A DNA stretch of 64,000 nucleotides from Thermodesulfobacteriota bacterium (GCA_965205855.1 OZ242184.1:608001-672000), one strand, 5' to 3'; numbered from the stretch's first letter, positions 19,909 to 30,086 are shown. The notes: a model not told the origin generated them from the letters alone. A program made the numbers and translations.

Positions 19909-21087
19909 ATGCGCGCTTCTTCAATCCGCAAATTCCGCTTGCTTGTTATTGCCGCTGTGTTTTCCTCGATTTTCGGTTGCGGATTGCCCGGTGGCGGGGA
20001 TGAAAGCGCGCGGCCTTTGCGCTCCGCGGTAGGACAGATGCTTCTTGTGGGCATTCGCGGCGAACGCGCGAACGCGGAGATGGTTTCCCTCATACGCGAT
20101 GTGAAACCGGGAGGCATACTTCTTTTTGATTACGACCGACCGAGTAACGGAGCCCTTGCGAGAAACATATCTTCCCCGGCACAGTTGAGGAATTTAGTTC
20201 GGCAAATTCAGATGCTTTCCGAAACCGGGCTTTTTATAGCGGCGGACGTTGAAGGCGGACGCGTGAACAGATTGAAACCCGAATACGGTTTTGACACCGC
20301 CGTTCCTACGGCGAAAAAACTGGGCGCCGAAGGAGTTTCCTCAACCTCGGCCGCGGCGGAAAAAATCGCCCGCGAACTCAAATCCCTCGGAATTAACTTC
20401 AACCTCGCCCCAGTCGCGGATGTTGAAATCAACCCTGAAAGCCCCGCCATTGGCGCCTTGGAGCGGTCTTTCGGAGCCGACCCCAAAACGGTTGTCCTGC
20501 ATATCCGCGCGTTTGTGGAGGCTCACGCGAGGCACGGGATCATCACCGCTCTCAAGCACTTCCCCGGACACGGTAGCGCCTCAAAAGACACGCACCTTGA
20601 CGTAACGGACATAACGGAGACCTACGACAGCGAGGCGGAGCTTTTTCCCTACCGGAGTCTTATTCAAAGCGGCTATGGCAGCCCGGTTATGACCGCTCAT
20701 GTCATCAACAGAAACATCGATGACAAACCCGCGACACTGTCGCGCAAAACACTTGGCGGACTTCTCAGGAAGCGGCTCGGTTTCAAAGGGGCGATTGTCT
20801 CCGACGATATGCAGATGCGCGCTATTGTGGATGAATACGGGCTTGCCCATGCCGTCATAGAGGCGATAAACGCCGGTGTTGATATCATTACAATCGGCAA
20901 TCAAATCGGTGAATATGACCCCGGAGTCCCAGTCCGCGTGAGAGATGCGATTGTTCGGGCGGTTGAGACGGGAGTTATTACCGAATCAAGAATTTATGAA
21001 TCTTGCCGGCGGATAATGGAGATTAAAAAAAGATACGCAATCGCGGACGGACAAAGCGTCGCATGCCCGGCGCGCAGATCTCAATAA
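19909..21087 (+). CDS. GH3 beta-N-acetylhexosaminidase (NagZ-like) lipoprotein
   Basis: DVEGGRVNR, APVAD, KHFPGHG...DTH, SDDMQM; lipobox IFGC. Confidence 0.9.
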   Translation: MRASSIRKFRLLVIAAVFSSIFGCGLPGGGDESARPLRSAVGQMLLVGIRGERANAEMVSLIRDVKPGGILLFDYDRPSNGALARNISSPAQLRNLVRQIQMLSETGLFIAADVEGGRVNRLKPEYGFDTAVPTAKKLGAEGVSSTSAAAEKIARELKSLGINFNLAPVADVEINPESPAIGALERSFGADPKTVVLHIRAFVEAHARHGIITALKHFPGHGSASKDTHLDVTDITETYDSEAELFPYRSLIQSGYGSPVMTAHVINRNIDDKPATLSRKTLGGLLRKRLGFKGAIVSDDMQMRAIVDEYGLAHAVIEAINAGVDIITIGNQIGEYDPGVPVRVRDAIVRAVETGVITESRIYESCRRIMEIKKRYAIADGQSVACPARRSQ

Positions 21088-21329
21088 GCCACACTTGCGT
21101 CGGCATTTAAGAATCGTCCGAACGGGCGCGACCCGAGGCTTTTGTCCATGTTATACAAGCCGCAAAAGTCAAGTAGTGGGCATAGGATTTGGCGTGTTTC
21201 AGTTGGCGTATTATTTCTGATGTTCTGTTTTAATTCGTATTTTTTAAAGCCGTTTGGTGAAGCCGCCTTTGAGCCGTTGAAGATGAGAGAAAATTAGATG
21301 ATTAAAGCATCCGTGATATAGTGGAGAAA

Positions 21330-22868
21330 ATGTTTTTTAGAGCGAATAAAACTTTTCTGTTGTTGGTTGTCCTTTTCATATTTGCTCCATCCGCATTTGC
21401 GGAAGATGCTTCAAAAGTTTTTGATAAGGTGTCCCGTTCCGTTGTGGTTGTCTGGAATGCCGAAGAAACGGCGGACAAAGAACCAGAATTGAAGACGCAG
21501 GGCAGCGGCGTTATTATCGCCAAAGGCGAAGTTGTTACGAACTGTCATGTCATAGAAAATGCCAATTATATCGGGGTTCAGACAAAGAACGGAGAAGTGG
21601 AAATCGCCACACTTTTCCGCGCTGATTGGGAAAAAGATATTTGTCTGTTGAAAGTTCCCGGATTGAAAGGCAGAAAAGCAAAAGTGCGGCGGTCAAATTC
21701 GCTGAAAGTGGGAGAGACCGTTTATGCAATTGGTTCCCCCGAAGGAATGGAGCACAGTTTAAGCGCGGGACTGGTTTCTCAATTACACAGGAAGAAGAAA
21801 AACGCACCGCCTGTTATTCAGACAGATGCCTCAATGTCATCCGGTTCTTCCGGCGGAGGGCTTTTTGATAAGAAGGGAAAACTTGTTGGCATCATGTCTT
21901 TTGTGTTGGAGGAAGCCAAAAACATAGGTTTTGCCATTCCTGTTGAATGGATAGATGAAACTCGCAAGAATGGGATTAAAACGGATTCTACGAGTCCGGT
22001 GGAAAAGGTGTTTGCAACATATTTGCAGAGACTTACCCTGGCACATTCTTTTATAGAAAATGAGGATTGGAAAGGTTTGGAGAAACATTCTTTGCTATGG
22101 GTTGATCAGTTGCCTTCTGATTCTTGGGGTCTGTTTTATTTGGGACTTGCTTATCACTATCAAGGCAAGTACTCCGAAGCGTTAGAGTCATATCACGAGG
22201 CGTTGCGAATAAACCCTGAAGATGCGGAAGTGTGGTATAACTTGGGACTTGCTTATTTCAATCAAGGCAAGCACTCCGAAGCGTTAGAGTCATATCGCGA
22301 GGCGTTGCGAATAAACCCTGAACTTGTGGAAGCGTGGTATAACTTGGGACTTGCTTATTTCAATCAAGGCAAGCACTCCGAAGCGTTAGAGTCATATCGC
22401 GAGGCGTTGCGAATAAACCCTGAACTTGTGGAAGCGTGGAATAACTTGGGACTTGCTTATTCCAATCAAGGCAAGTACTCCGAAGCGTTAGAGTCATATC
22501 GCGAGGCGTTGCGAATAAACCCTGAACTTGTGGAAGCGTGGGGTGGCTTGGGAAATGCTTATCACTATCAAGGCAAGTACTCCGAAGCGTTAGAGTCATA
22601 TCGCGAGGCGTTGCGAATAAACCCTGAATATGCGGAAGTGTGGTATAACTTGGGACTTGCTTATTTCAATCAAGGCAAGCACTCCGAAGCGTTAGAGTCA
22701 TATCACGAGGCGTTGCGAATAAACCCTGAACTTGCGGAAGCGTGGGGTCGTTTGGCTCTTACCTACAAAATAAAACATCAGGACGGACAGGCGAGAGAAG
22801 CGTATTGGCAACTGAAAAAATTAAATCCTTATCTTGCTGATAAAATTAAACAGTTCGTTTTTCGGTAA
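21330..22868 (+). CDS. Secreted trypsin-like serine protease fused to a TPR array
   Basis: Signal peptide, TNCHVI, DICLL, GSSGG; six near-identical 34-aa TPRs at the C-terminus. Confidence 0.9.
   Translation: MFFRANKTFLLLVVLFIFAPSAFAEDASKVFDKVSRSVVVVWNAEETADKEPELKTQGSGVIIAKGEVVTNCHVIENANYIGVQTKNGEVEIATLFRADWEKDICLLKVPGLKGRKAKVRRSNSLKVGETVYAIGSPEGMEHSLSAGLVSQLHRKKKNAPPVIQTDASMSSGSSGGGLFDKKGKLVGIMSFVLEEAKNIGFAIPVEWIDETRKNGIKTDSTSPVEKVFATYLQRLTLAHSFIENEDWKGLEKHSLLWVDQLPSDSWGLFYLGLAYHYQGKYSEALESYHEALRINPEDAEVWYNLGLAYFNQGKHSEALESYREALRINPELVEAWYNLGLAYFNQGKHSEALESYREALRINPELVEAWNNLGLAYSNQGKYSEALESYREALRINPELVEAWGGLGNAYHYQGKYSEALESYREALRINPEYAEVWYNLGLAYFNQGKHSEALESYHEALRINPELAEAWGRLALTYKIKHQDGQAREAYWQLKKLNPYLADKIKQFVFR
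22140..22751 (+). repeat. Six tandem 102-bp TPR-coding repeats
   Basis: Unit TTGGGA...GAAGCGTTAGAGTCATAT...AAACCCTGAA recurs at 22140, 22242, 22344, 22446, 22548 and 22650. Confidence 0.97.
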
Positions 22869-22932
22869 GATGTGATGTGGTTGCTGACTTTCGTTGCATT
22901 CTTCAAAATCTAACGGAGGTATGGCTTCCATC

Positions 22933-23518
22933 TCACCGTTTATTCTTTCTCACTCTGTAAAACCGTTCAGTAAATCCGCCTTTGTTTTCAAAATTCTGCG
23001 TCAATTTTGCAACTTGGCGGTCAAGAAGGAACAAACCACTCCGATTAAAACAAGCGCGACGTTGGCGGAAAAGCTCCGCATAGTAATTTGTGGACGGTCT
23101 TGACCAGGTGGACTTTTTGGATTTTCTTCCACTGTATCCACTGATATCCACAACCCATTTAGCTACTTCATCGGCGGTTTTATGCCTCTTGTCAATCAGG
23201 TTTTGGCGAAGGGGGTTGTCCTTTTCCCAGAGTTGCAACCCTATTTGCCTCATAAAATCCTCATAGTCCAGTTTGAATTCTTCAAGGCTTGCCCGCCACT
23301 TGTGTCAGTTTGAGTTCCATTTTTTTGGAAATTGCCGATGCTTGAGAGCCCTCGGCGATGTTTTGAGTTCCGCTGCACGCCGCTTGTATCATTTGATCTT
23401 TTGTGCGGCTGAATTTGTCAATGTAGAGGTCGGTGAAACGCACGATTATATCGTAGACAATCTGAGCGAGTTGGAAACTTTTGAGGTTGTGGTAACCGCC
23501 GTGGTGGAATTAGGTTAG
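22933..23518 (-). pseudogene. Four-helix-bundle (IVP/Avd-like family) protein with suffix domain, frameshifted
   Basis: Reassembled across frames: GGYHNLKSFQLAQIVYD...RTKDQMIQAACSGTQNIAEGS...KLTQV / RASLEEFKLDYEDF...LLDRQ...GGFTERFYR; no start codon and several indels. Confidence 0.8.
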
Positions 23519-23521
23519 AGG

Positions 23522-26188
23522 TTATTTGTTTTCAAACATTGTAATCAAGTCCGCGAAATTCTTTGTAGTATGTTTTTTATACTTCTCCTCTTCAACAAAC
23601 AGCGAGCCGACAAAACAATCAGGAACTAATTCCCGCGCATCTTTGCACCACTGCCGCAAGCGTTTTTGCTTTCTGGCATCATCTTCATCCTTGCGTCCCT
23701 TTGTTTCCACTATCCATATTTCCCCTTTATTGTTGCGGACAAGAAAATCGGGAAAGTAGTTGGCGATTGTGCCGTCAGTTTTGACATAATCCAGACGGAA
23801 ATTAACGGCAAAGTAGTTCTTGGCAAAAGCGGCAACATCGGGGCATTTGTCCAAGAATTTGGCAAACTCATATTCCAGCGAGAAATTTTCAGCAATCAAA
23901 TTTTGCGGGCTTTTCACGGGGGCGTATGAATAATTTGGCGGCTTTATCGGAAAGGGGCGCATATCTGTTACTCTCAGTTCATCCCGCATTTCGGTTTGCG
24001 GGGTTTTTCCCGTGAGCAATGTTTTAATTGCGCCATAAAAACCTTCCATTATCGCCTTTGTCACGGGCGGTTCTGCCAGATTGCGTATGGTGTCCACAAA
24101 TTCCAAATCAATAGTCTTGCCAAACAATCGGTCGCGGATGAAGTTCTGCATGACCTCATAAAGAAAATCGTATTGGCTGAACAACCGATGTTCATCCATA
24201 ATGCGAAGTGTTAAATATCCGATGACGCGGCTGTAGTCATCAACGGTATTTTTGCTTAATTTGGTTGTGTGGCTGATTTCGCCCGTAAGTACATCCCTGA
24301 AAACAATTTCACGCGGAGCGTCAGACGGATAGGTTTTATATTCCTGTGGTTCGCAGGATATGTTTTCCACTTTTAATTGTTCCAGTTTGGAAAAGTCCGT
24401 AAAAAATCTGCGGGACAGTATTGGAACGGTGATTTCCAAGTTGTCTATGTTCTTTTTCTCATTGTCGCGGTCAATTGCGATAACAGTGGGCGCTTTCGGT
24501 TTTGACCTTCCGCCCATTGCCTCACGGTCAAGTTTGACTCCTTCTTTTTCTATCTCTTTGACGAAATCAACAAAAGCCGGAGAGCCGATAATGCTTACCT
24601 TTTCCCCTGTGTCATTTTGTTCGGGATACATAAGGCGCAAACCGCGCCCCAAAGTTTGTTCCGGTAAAATATTGCTTCTGGCAACATAAGCCCGCAAGCC
24701 GACAACTGTTGTTACATTCCGCACATCCCAGCCCTCTCGTAAAACCAGCACGGAAACTACGGCTCGGAATTTGTTGTCCAAATCGTCTATTGTAGCGGCT
24801 TGCTTCCTCAACTCTGCAAGTTCGGTCTCTTTTCTCCCTTTTGTGGTTTGCTCGGTTATTTCCCCGTTGTTTTTTGTGTGTATAACGAGGACTTTTCCTC
24901 TCAAGTCTCCATATTTGGCTTCAAGATATGCTCCCATTGCATCACAGTTTTTTGTGTCATCGGTCATTAAAAACAAAACCGCTTTTTTGTCCGCCTGTTT
25001 GTGAACCTCATATGCTTTTCGCCATTCTTTAACTCCAAGTTCTATGTAGTCGGCATACCGCTCTCCATAGTCCGCGCTTTGGTGTTCTTCCAATTTGCTA
25101 CTGCTTTCATCATCGGGAATGACAGGGCGTTTGACCACATTTTGATGAATCGCCTCAACAAGCGGGTAGTCGGCTATCGTCTGAACAAAAATTGCCCCAT
25201 TGTCGTGTTTGGGTGTTGCCGTCATATCAATTTGCAATGAAAGAGCAAGCCCTTTTTGGACAAGAGTGTTGTTTATATCCTCAATAGTTTTGAACCAAGC
25301 CATTCTGTCATCGTGTATATGGTGCGCTTCATCATTGATAATCAGAAGTTCGTCAAGTTTGCGCACAACTTCACCCAAATCTATTTTGTTATCGGTCAGG
25401 GCGCCTGTTGGCTTTGGTCCCAGAAAGTAATCCTTTGTATTCTCATCATCGGCGGAGGGCGGCGTATTGTCCCGCACATAGACGCGGTGAATGTTGGTCA
25501 GAAAAATGTTTCCGGTTTCCGAATGGGAGCGAACTTCATCCTGTTTGTGCAACTGCATCTGGAAATCATTTTCCCAGTTGCGTCCCTCAAACCCGTTGGG
25601 CGGTAATACTTTGTCTTCATGGAAAATACGCAAACTCTCAAAATCTCTGTAAAGGCGATCTAAAACTATGATGTTTGGAGCGATTAAAAGAATGTTGCGC
25701 GAGAGTTGAGAGTCTGCCTCATAGAGTTTGTGGAAGTAAGACCATGCGATTAAAAGGGAAACAACCTTTGTTTTTCCGCTGCCGGTTGCCATTTTGATAA
25801 CGAAACGCCGCCATGTTTCTGGCATCATTTGCTGGTTTATTTGTCCGGTGGAGTCAAAACGCAATAAGTCAACTCTGTCTTTTATTCCGGCGGCTTCATA
25901 AAGATAAATCACGGATTCAACCGCTTCTCTTTGTGAAAAGTAGTAGAGGATTGCGGGGTTGTCTTCTTCATTGCGGCCAACAAACCACCAGGAGAGCAGG
26001 GCGCGGGTTGTGTCGCTTATATTCGGGTATCCGTCATCGCGCCATTCCTTGACGACTTGCCGGACTTGTTCCACAAGCGGCGGCAGGAGTTGGCCGATGG
26101 ATAACTGGTTGTCGCCATCCGGTTGCCAACGGTCGTTGGGGTTGAGGATTGCGTAGGGGTTAGTGGATAGGGTTTGGGGGATTGGCAT
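23522..26188 (-). CDS. Type III restriction endonuclease Res subunit
   Basis: KMATGSGKT, DEAH, LREGWDV, QTLGRGLR; C-terminal PD-(D/E)xK FPDFLV...VETKG. Confidence 0.92.
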   Translation of the reverse strand: MPIPQTLSTNPYAILNPNDRWQPDGDNQLSIGQLLPPLVEQVRQVVKEWRDDGYPNISDTTRALLSWWFVGRNEEDNPAILYYFSQREAVESVIYLYEAAGIKDRVDLLRFDSTGQINQQMMPETWRRFVIKMATGSGKTKVVSLLIAWSYFHKLYEADSQLSRNILLIAPNIIVLDRLYRDFESLRIFHEDKVLPPNGFEGRNWENDFQMQLHKQDEVRSHSETGNIFLTNIHRVYVRDNTPPSADDENTKDYFLGPKPTGALTDNKIDLGEVVRKLDELLIINDEAHHIHDDRMAWFKTIEDINNTLVQKGLALSLQIDMTATPKHDNGAIFVQTIADYPLVEAIHQNVVKRPVIPDDESSSKLEEHQSADYGERYADYIELGVKEWRKAYEVHKQADKKAVLFLMTDDTKNCDAMGAYLEAKYGDLRGKVLVIHTKNNGEITEQTTKGRKETELAELRKQAATIDDLDNKFRAVVSVLVLREGWDVRNVTTVVGLRAYVARSNILPEQTLGRGLRLMYPEQNDTGEKVSIIGSPAFVDFVKEIEKEGVKLDREAMGGRSKPKAPTVIAIDRDNEKKNIDNLEITVPILSRRFFTDFSKLEQLKVENISCEPQEYKTYPSDAPREIVFRDVLTGEISHTTKLSKNTVDDYSRVIGYLTLRIMDEHRLFSQYDFLYEVMQNFIRDRLFGKTIDLEFVDTIRNLAEPPVTKAIMEGFYGAIKTLLTGKTPQTEMRDELRVTDMRPFPIKPPNYSYAPVKSPQNLIAENFSLEYEFAKFLDKCPDVAAFAKNYFAVNFRLDYVKTDGTIANYFPDFLVRNNKGEIWIVETKGRKDEDDARKQKRLRQWCKDARELVPDCFVGSLFVEEEKYKKHTTKNFADLITMFENK

Positions 26189-26206
26189 TTTTCTACATTA
26201 AAGAAT

Positions 26207-26716
26207 CTAAAACTTCCAGTTTTGTTCTTTCATAAACTCCTGCGGGGTTAAACAGCGCACACCGAAATAAATACATACATCAGGAATCTTAGGAGATCCT
26301 TGAATTTTGCCTTTTTTATCCTTTTTAGCAAATTTTTCTGTTGTTATCACAGTACTCTCCTCTATCATCACTTTAGCAATAACAAAAGGATCAGCAAATG
26401 GCTTTCCGTCTAAAATTCTTCTTTTATTAATCAGATTTCTGAAATTGTTAGTACTAAAAACTTTACGAACATTATTTTGTTCTTTTTCATTTGGTTTCGT
26501 GAATATATTTTTGTTTTGCTTTATCCATTCAAGAAGATGTTCTTGTTCTCCACCGTATTTTTCCAGTTCTTTTTTCACCTCAACTACGGAAGATATTTTT
26601 TCCGATAATACTAAATATCCTAGCTTTTTCCAGAAAGAGGGGAAAGTTTCAGGGTAGTATTCGCGACTCCGTATAAAGAATCCTGTGTCTAACACATAGT
26701 GTGCATTAGGTGTCAT
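26207..26716 (-). CDS. DUF4411-family PIN-like protein
   Basis: YVLDTG, YYPETFPSFW, ADPFVIA, KIPDVC, WKF C-terminus. Confidence 0.85.
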   Translation of the reverse strand: MTPNAHYVLDTGFFIRSREYYPETFPSFWKKLGYLVLSEKISSVVEVKKELEKYGGEQEHLLEWIKQNKNIFTKPNEKEQNNVRKVFSTNNFRNLINKRRILDGKPFADPFVIAKVMIEESTVITTEKFAKKDKKGKIQGSPKIPDVCIYFGVRCLTPQEFMKEQNWKF

Positions 26717-27889
26717 TTCCTCCCTTATGCATGTACCCCTCAAGACTTGCGAGCGATTTGATACTTGTTCCAAGATAATCAGCCAGTTGATGTTGGTTGA
26801 TTTGCTGTTTGTAGTATTGTGAGAACAAGAGATTAAGATATTTGTTGCTCAGGTATGATTTGAGGATTAAAGGTTTGGGAGGACCTCCACGATTTTTCCT
26901 TGCAATTTTTGTCTTTGTTGTTGTGTTTCCCAATTTTCTCGCCAAATATTTACTTTTTCATCGTAAAATTCTTTGTTTATCAGTTTTCTGTCCAGGTATT
27001 TTCGCAATATAACTTCACGGCTAACATTGTATTTGTTTGCATGTTTAGAAATTTCTCTGTCAGTAGGTTTCCCTGATATGTTTAAGCTGTTGTCCGGAAC
27101 TAAGAATGCGCTGGCGAATGCATTGCAGAATACTTCTTCCTCTCTATATTTTCCCGTTAAGTCGCTTTCTATGTTTTTACGAAAGCTAATTCCACCCTTG
27201 CCTAATATCAAATGCGCTAACTCATGGAACAGGGTAAAAATTTGGCGTTGTTTTAATATGCTGTTATTGATATATATTAACGGAAAATGCTCGTCGTGCA
27301 GACAGAACCCACTAATTTTTTCATTTTGAAATGAGTCCTTAAAAACCCAATAACCTTTATTTTCTAAAGCTTCTCGCCATTGCTTCATGGCATCATCTGC
27401 GGTTCTTCATCTACATTGTGTTTCCAATGAGACACCTATAGAATTTCTAACCTGATCAGCTATTTTTTTTACTTGAACTAAATTGAAAGTTGTCGGCAAG
27501 TCTGTGAAATTGTGAGTATTTTCTGGAGCCATATTGCCGTAGAGTTCATACAAACCAAATTGTTTAGCAGATGCCTCCCTAATTAGATACAAAATTTTTG
27601 GAGGTAGTGACTGCAAATAAAATTCTGGTAAAGACCTAAATTTTGAATTAACGTCATCTTCTTTGGGAGGCGATGGAAAATAAAATACAGCAATGGAACG
27701 CTTGTAGTATCCGGCAAGTTTTTCTAGTTGTGGATAAGTTGGTGTATCTTCACCCTTTTCCCACGCTTCTATTGTTGTGCGCGACACTCTTCTCTGGTTT
27801 ATTTTCTCCACGATTTGGTCAACTGAATACCCCGCGCTATTTCTGGCCCATGCCAATACCTCTGGAGTTATTAGGGCTTTAATACTCAT
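26706..27889 (-). pseudogene. XRE-HTH + ImmA/IrrE Zn-metallopeptidase, disrupted
   Basis: HTH (LAWAR...WEKGEDTPT..QL), RQIFTLFHELAH, EVFCNAFA; in-frame TGA at 27407-27409 and a 1-nt frameshift near 26893-26897. Confidence 0.85.
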
Positions 27890-29991
27890 TTCTTTACCTC
27901 AACAACCCTCATCGTATCATTCCCGAAAATATCAATAACCTTGACCGCAACCTTGCACGGCAATGCTACCTCTTTCTCCACGCTTTCAAACTCAAGTTCG
28001 CGGTTCTTTTTTGTACGGAAGCTCTGCCATTCATTCTCAAACACAAAATCACCCGTTGCTTTTTCTTCTGTCTCTCCGGTTTCGGGGTTTGTTATGCGGA
28101 CGATTTCCTTTTTGCTTTCAAAATCAAAGTCCACCGCCCAGTAGTCAATCCAGTCCTTCCAATCTTTGGTTAATATTTCGCGTGATGTATTGCCGCCATC
28201 TTTGTCTTTGCTGATTTTCACAACTTTGCCATCGTCCACGATAACTTTGCTTTTGCCGTTTTTTAGAGTTTCCACAGCGTTTGAGTCTTGCTGATAATGT
28301 GCTGAATAGCCGGAAAGTTTCACTGAAACAAAAACTTGTTTCTTCTCCTCACTGGTATGAATTTCCACATCAACATATGAAACATCATGAAAAACAACCT
28401 GTCCTTTATCAACTGCGCGTTTATCAAAAACATCTGGAGGGATGTATTTCAGGTTCAAATCTATGCCTTGTGCTTTGGCTTCTTCCTGAGCACTTGGGAA
28501 CAGTCCCATTTCAAACTCAAAGGCGAGGATGTCTGCGCGTGTAATTTTCCTTTCAAAGCATTCGGTTATGAGCGTTTCCACAAAGGGACGGGCAACGGGC
28601 AGATTGATTGGTCCAATTGCAACCATCCGCCCTGCTTTCTTGCCTTGAAAAACTCCACCGTTCTCAATGGCTTCCGCACTATAGGCAGTCAAAATCAATT
28701 CTTCATATTCACGCTCTTTTTGCCGGAGTTGAACATTCCGCTCTCTTTCTTCAAGATTTGGATTGATGCCAATGTAATGTTGTCTTTCATATTTGCCGAG
28801 ATTCAAAACTTCAAAAGCGCGGTAGTCTTTGCTGTCTTTTTTCAATTCCCGCTGAACACCAATCATACGCTTACGCGTTGTATGAATGGCAAACTTGCCC
28901 AAGTCGGAACAAATCCATTTGCGCCCAAGTTTCTCGGCAACGGCGGCGGTTGTGCCGGAACCACAGAAGAAATCGGCGATTAGGTCATCCTCATTTGAGG
29001 AGGCTTTGATAATGCGTTCCAGCAGGGCTTCGGGTTTTTGTGTGGGGTAGCCGAGGCGTTCCTTCGCTTGAGGATTAACAATCGGCATTCTCCACACATC
29101 TTGAACATGCTTATCTAAATATGACTTCACCCCACTAGGAACTTTGGGGTTGGTTTTTGGACGAATGTACCAAACAAACTCGCCTTTCTCGTCCTCTTCA
29201 ATTTTTTCGGACGAATATTCTTTTGTTCTTTCTTTTTGAATATTAAAAATATAATTTTCTTTCTTGGCGTAAAGATAAATAACGTCATGCTTTTGTGCAA
29301 AACTTTTTTGTCCTACACCACCACTGACATAATTCCACACAACCTGATTAACAAAATTCTCTGCACCAAAAACCTCATCCATCGCCAACCGAATATACGA
29401 GTTCACCCGCCAATCACAATGCACATAAATACTTCCATCTTCTGCGAGTAAATCTTTCATCAGTTTCAACCGTTCATAAATCATCGCAATAAAAGAATCT
29501 GCCCCCTTTCCCCAAGTATCCCGATAGGCAATTTGTTCAAGAACTCCCGGCTCTTTTTCCAGTGTTTCATCACCAATATCTATATTCATTGTAAAATCCG
29601 CGCCAACATCAAACGGCGGATCGATGTAAATCAGTTTCAGTCCGCCTTGTTTCTCAATCTCTTTTCTCAAAGAACCGTGTAAGAGCGATGACAAAATCAG
29701 TTTGTTATCGCCCCATATAAGTTTGTTGCTCCAGCCCTTGAGTTGCCTTCCTGTTTGATGGTTAAACAACCCAAGTTGAGACTCCATCGCTTGTTCGGAA
29801 CGCGGTTCATCCACTTGCTCAATTGTTTGAAATGGCAACACCACATCGCAAACGGCGTTTGTCTTGCCGTTCCAAAGCAGTTCTACTTGCCGCGTTTCAT
29901 CAAATAGCAAAAAGCGGTATTTCTCCGGTAGCGGCTTGCCAGCGTCCAGATGGCGCAGAACTTCTTGTTTTTCTTGGTTAGTTAGTTTCAT
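27886..29991 (-). CDS. Type III R-M Mod DNA methyltransferase
   Basis: LIYIDPPF, YPTQKPEALLERII, DFFCGSGTT. Confidence 0.92.
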   Translation of the reverse strand: MKLTNQEKQEVLRHLDAGKPLPEKYRFLLFDETRQVELLWNGKTNAVCDVVLPFQTIEQVDEPRSEQAMESQLGLFNHQTGRQLKGWSNKLIWGDNKLILSSLLHGSLRKEIEKQGGLKLIYIDPPFDVGADFTMNIDIGDETLEKEPGVLEQIAYRDTWGKGADSFIAMIYERLKLMKDLLAEDGSIYVHCDWRVNSYIRLAMDEVFGAENFVNQVVWNYVSGGVGQKSFAQKHDVIYLYAKKENYIFNIQKERTKEYSSEKIEEDEKGEFVWYIRPKTNPKVPSGVKSYLDKHVQDVWRMPIVNPQAKERLGYPTQKPEALLERIIKASSNEDDLIADFFCGSGTTAAVAEKLGRKWICSDLGKFAIHTTRKRMIGVQRELKKDSKDYRAFEVLNLGKYERQHYIGINPNLEERERNVQLRQKEREYEELILTAYSAEAIENGGVFQGKKAGRMVAIGPINLPVARPFVETLITECFERKITRADILAFEFEMGLFPSAQEEAKAQGIDLNLKYIPPDVFDKRAVDKGQVVFHDVSYVDVEIHTSEEKKQVFVSVKLSGYSAHYQQDSNAVETLKNGKSKVIVDDGKVVKISKDKDGGNTSREILTKDWKDWIDYWAVDFDFESKKEIVRITNPETGETEEKATGDFVFENEWQSFRTKKNRELEFESVEKEVALPCKVAVKVIDIFGNDTMRVVEVKK

Positions 29992-30086
29992 GAGGGAAAC
30001 TTCTAAGAGGGAAAGGTCTAATCATAACACATTGCCCTTGAAAGCAATTCTCCCTAATCTCTCCAAACCCCTTATACTCCTCCCCT

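Noticed and set aside
22140-22751. Possible CRISPR array (also 60220-60757)
   Set aside because: The units are contiguous 102-bp in-frame coding repeats without unique spacers, and no cas genes are present.
27407-27409. TGA as a reassigned Trp or Sec codon
   Set aside because: Many intact genes here end in TGA and use TGG for Trp; a nonsense mutation or sequencing error is simpler.
27886-29991. Phase-variable simple sequence repeat in mod (phasevarion)
   Set aside because: No tandem SSR tract was seen in or upstream of the gene.
21088-30086. Complete DGR, prophage or ICE
   Set aside because: No reverse transcriptase, integrase, att repeat or phage gene was found in the window.
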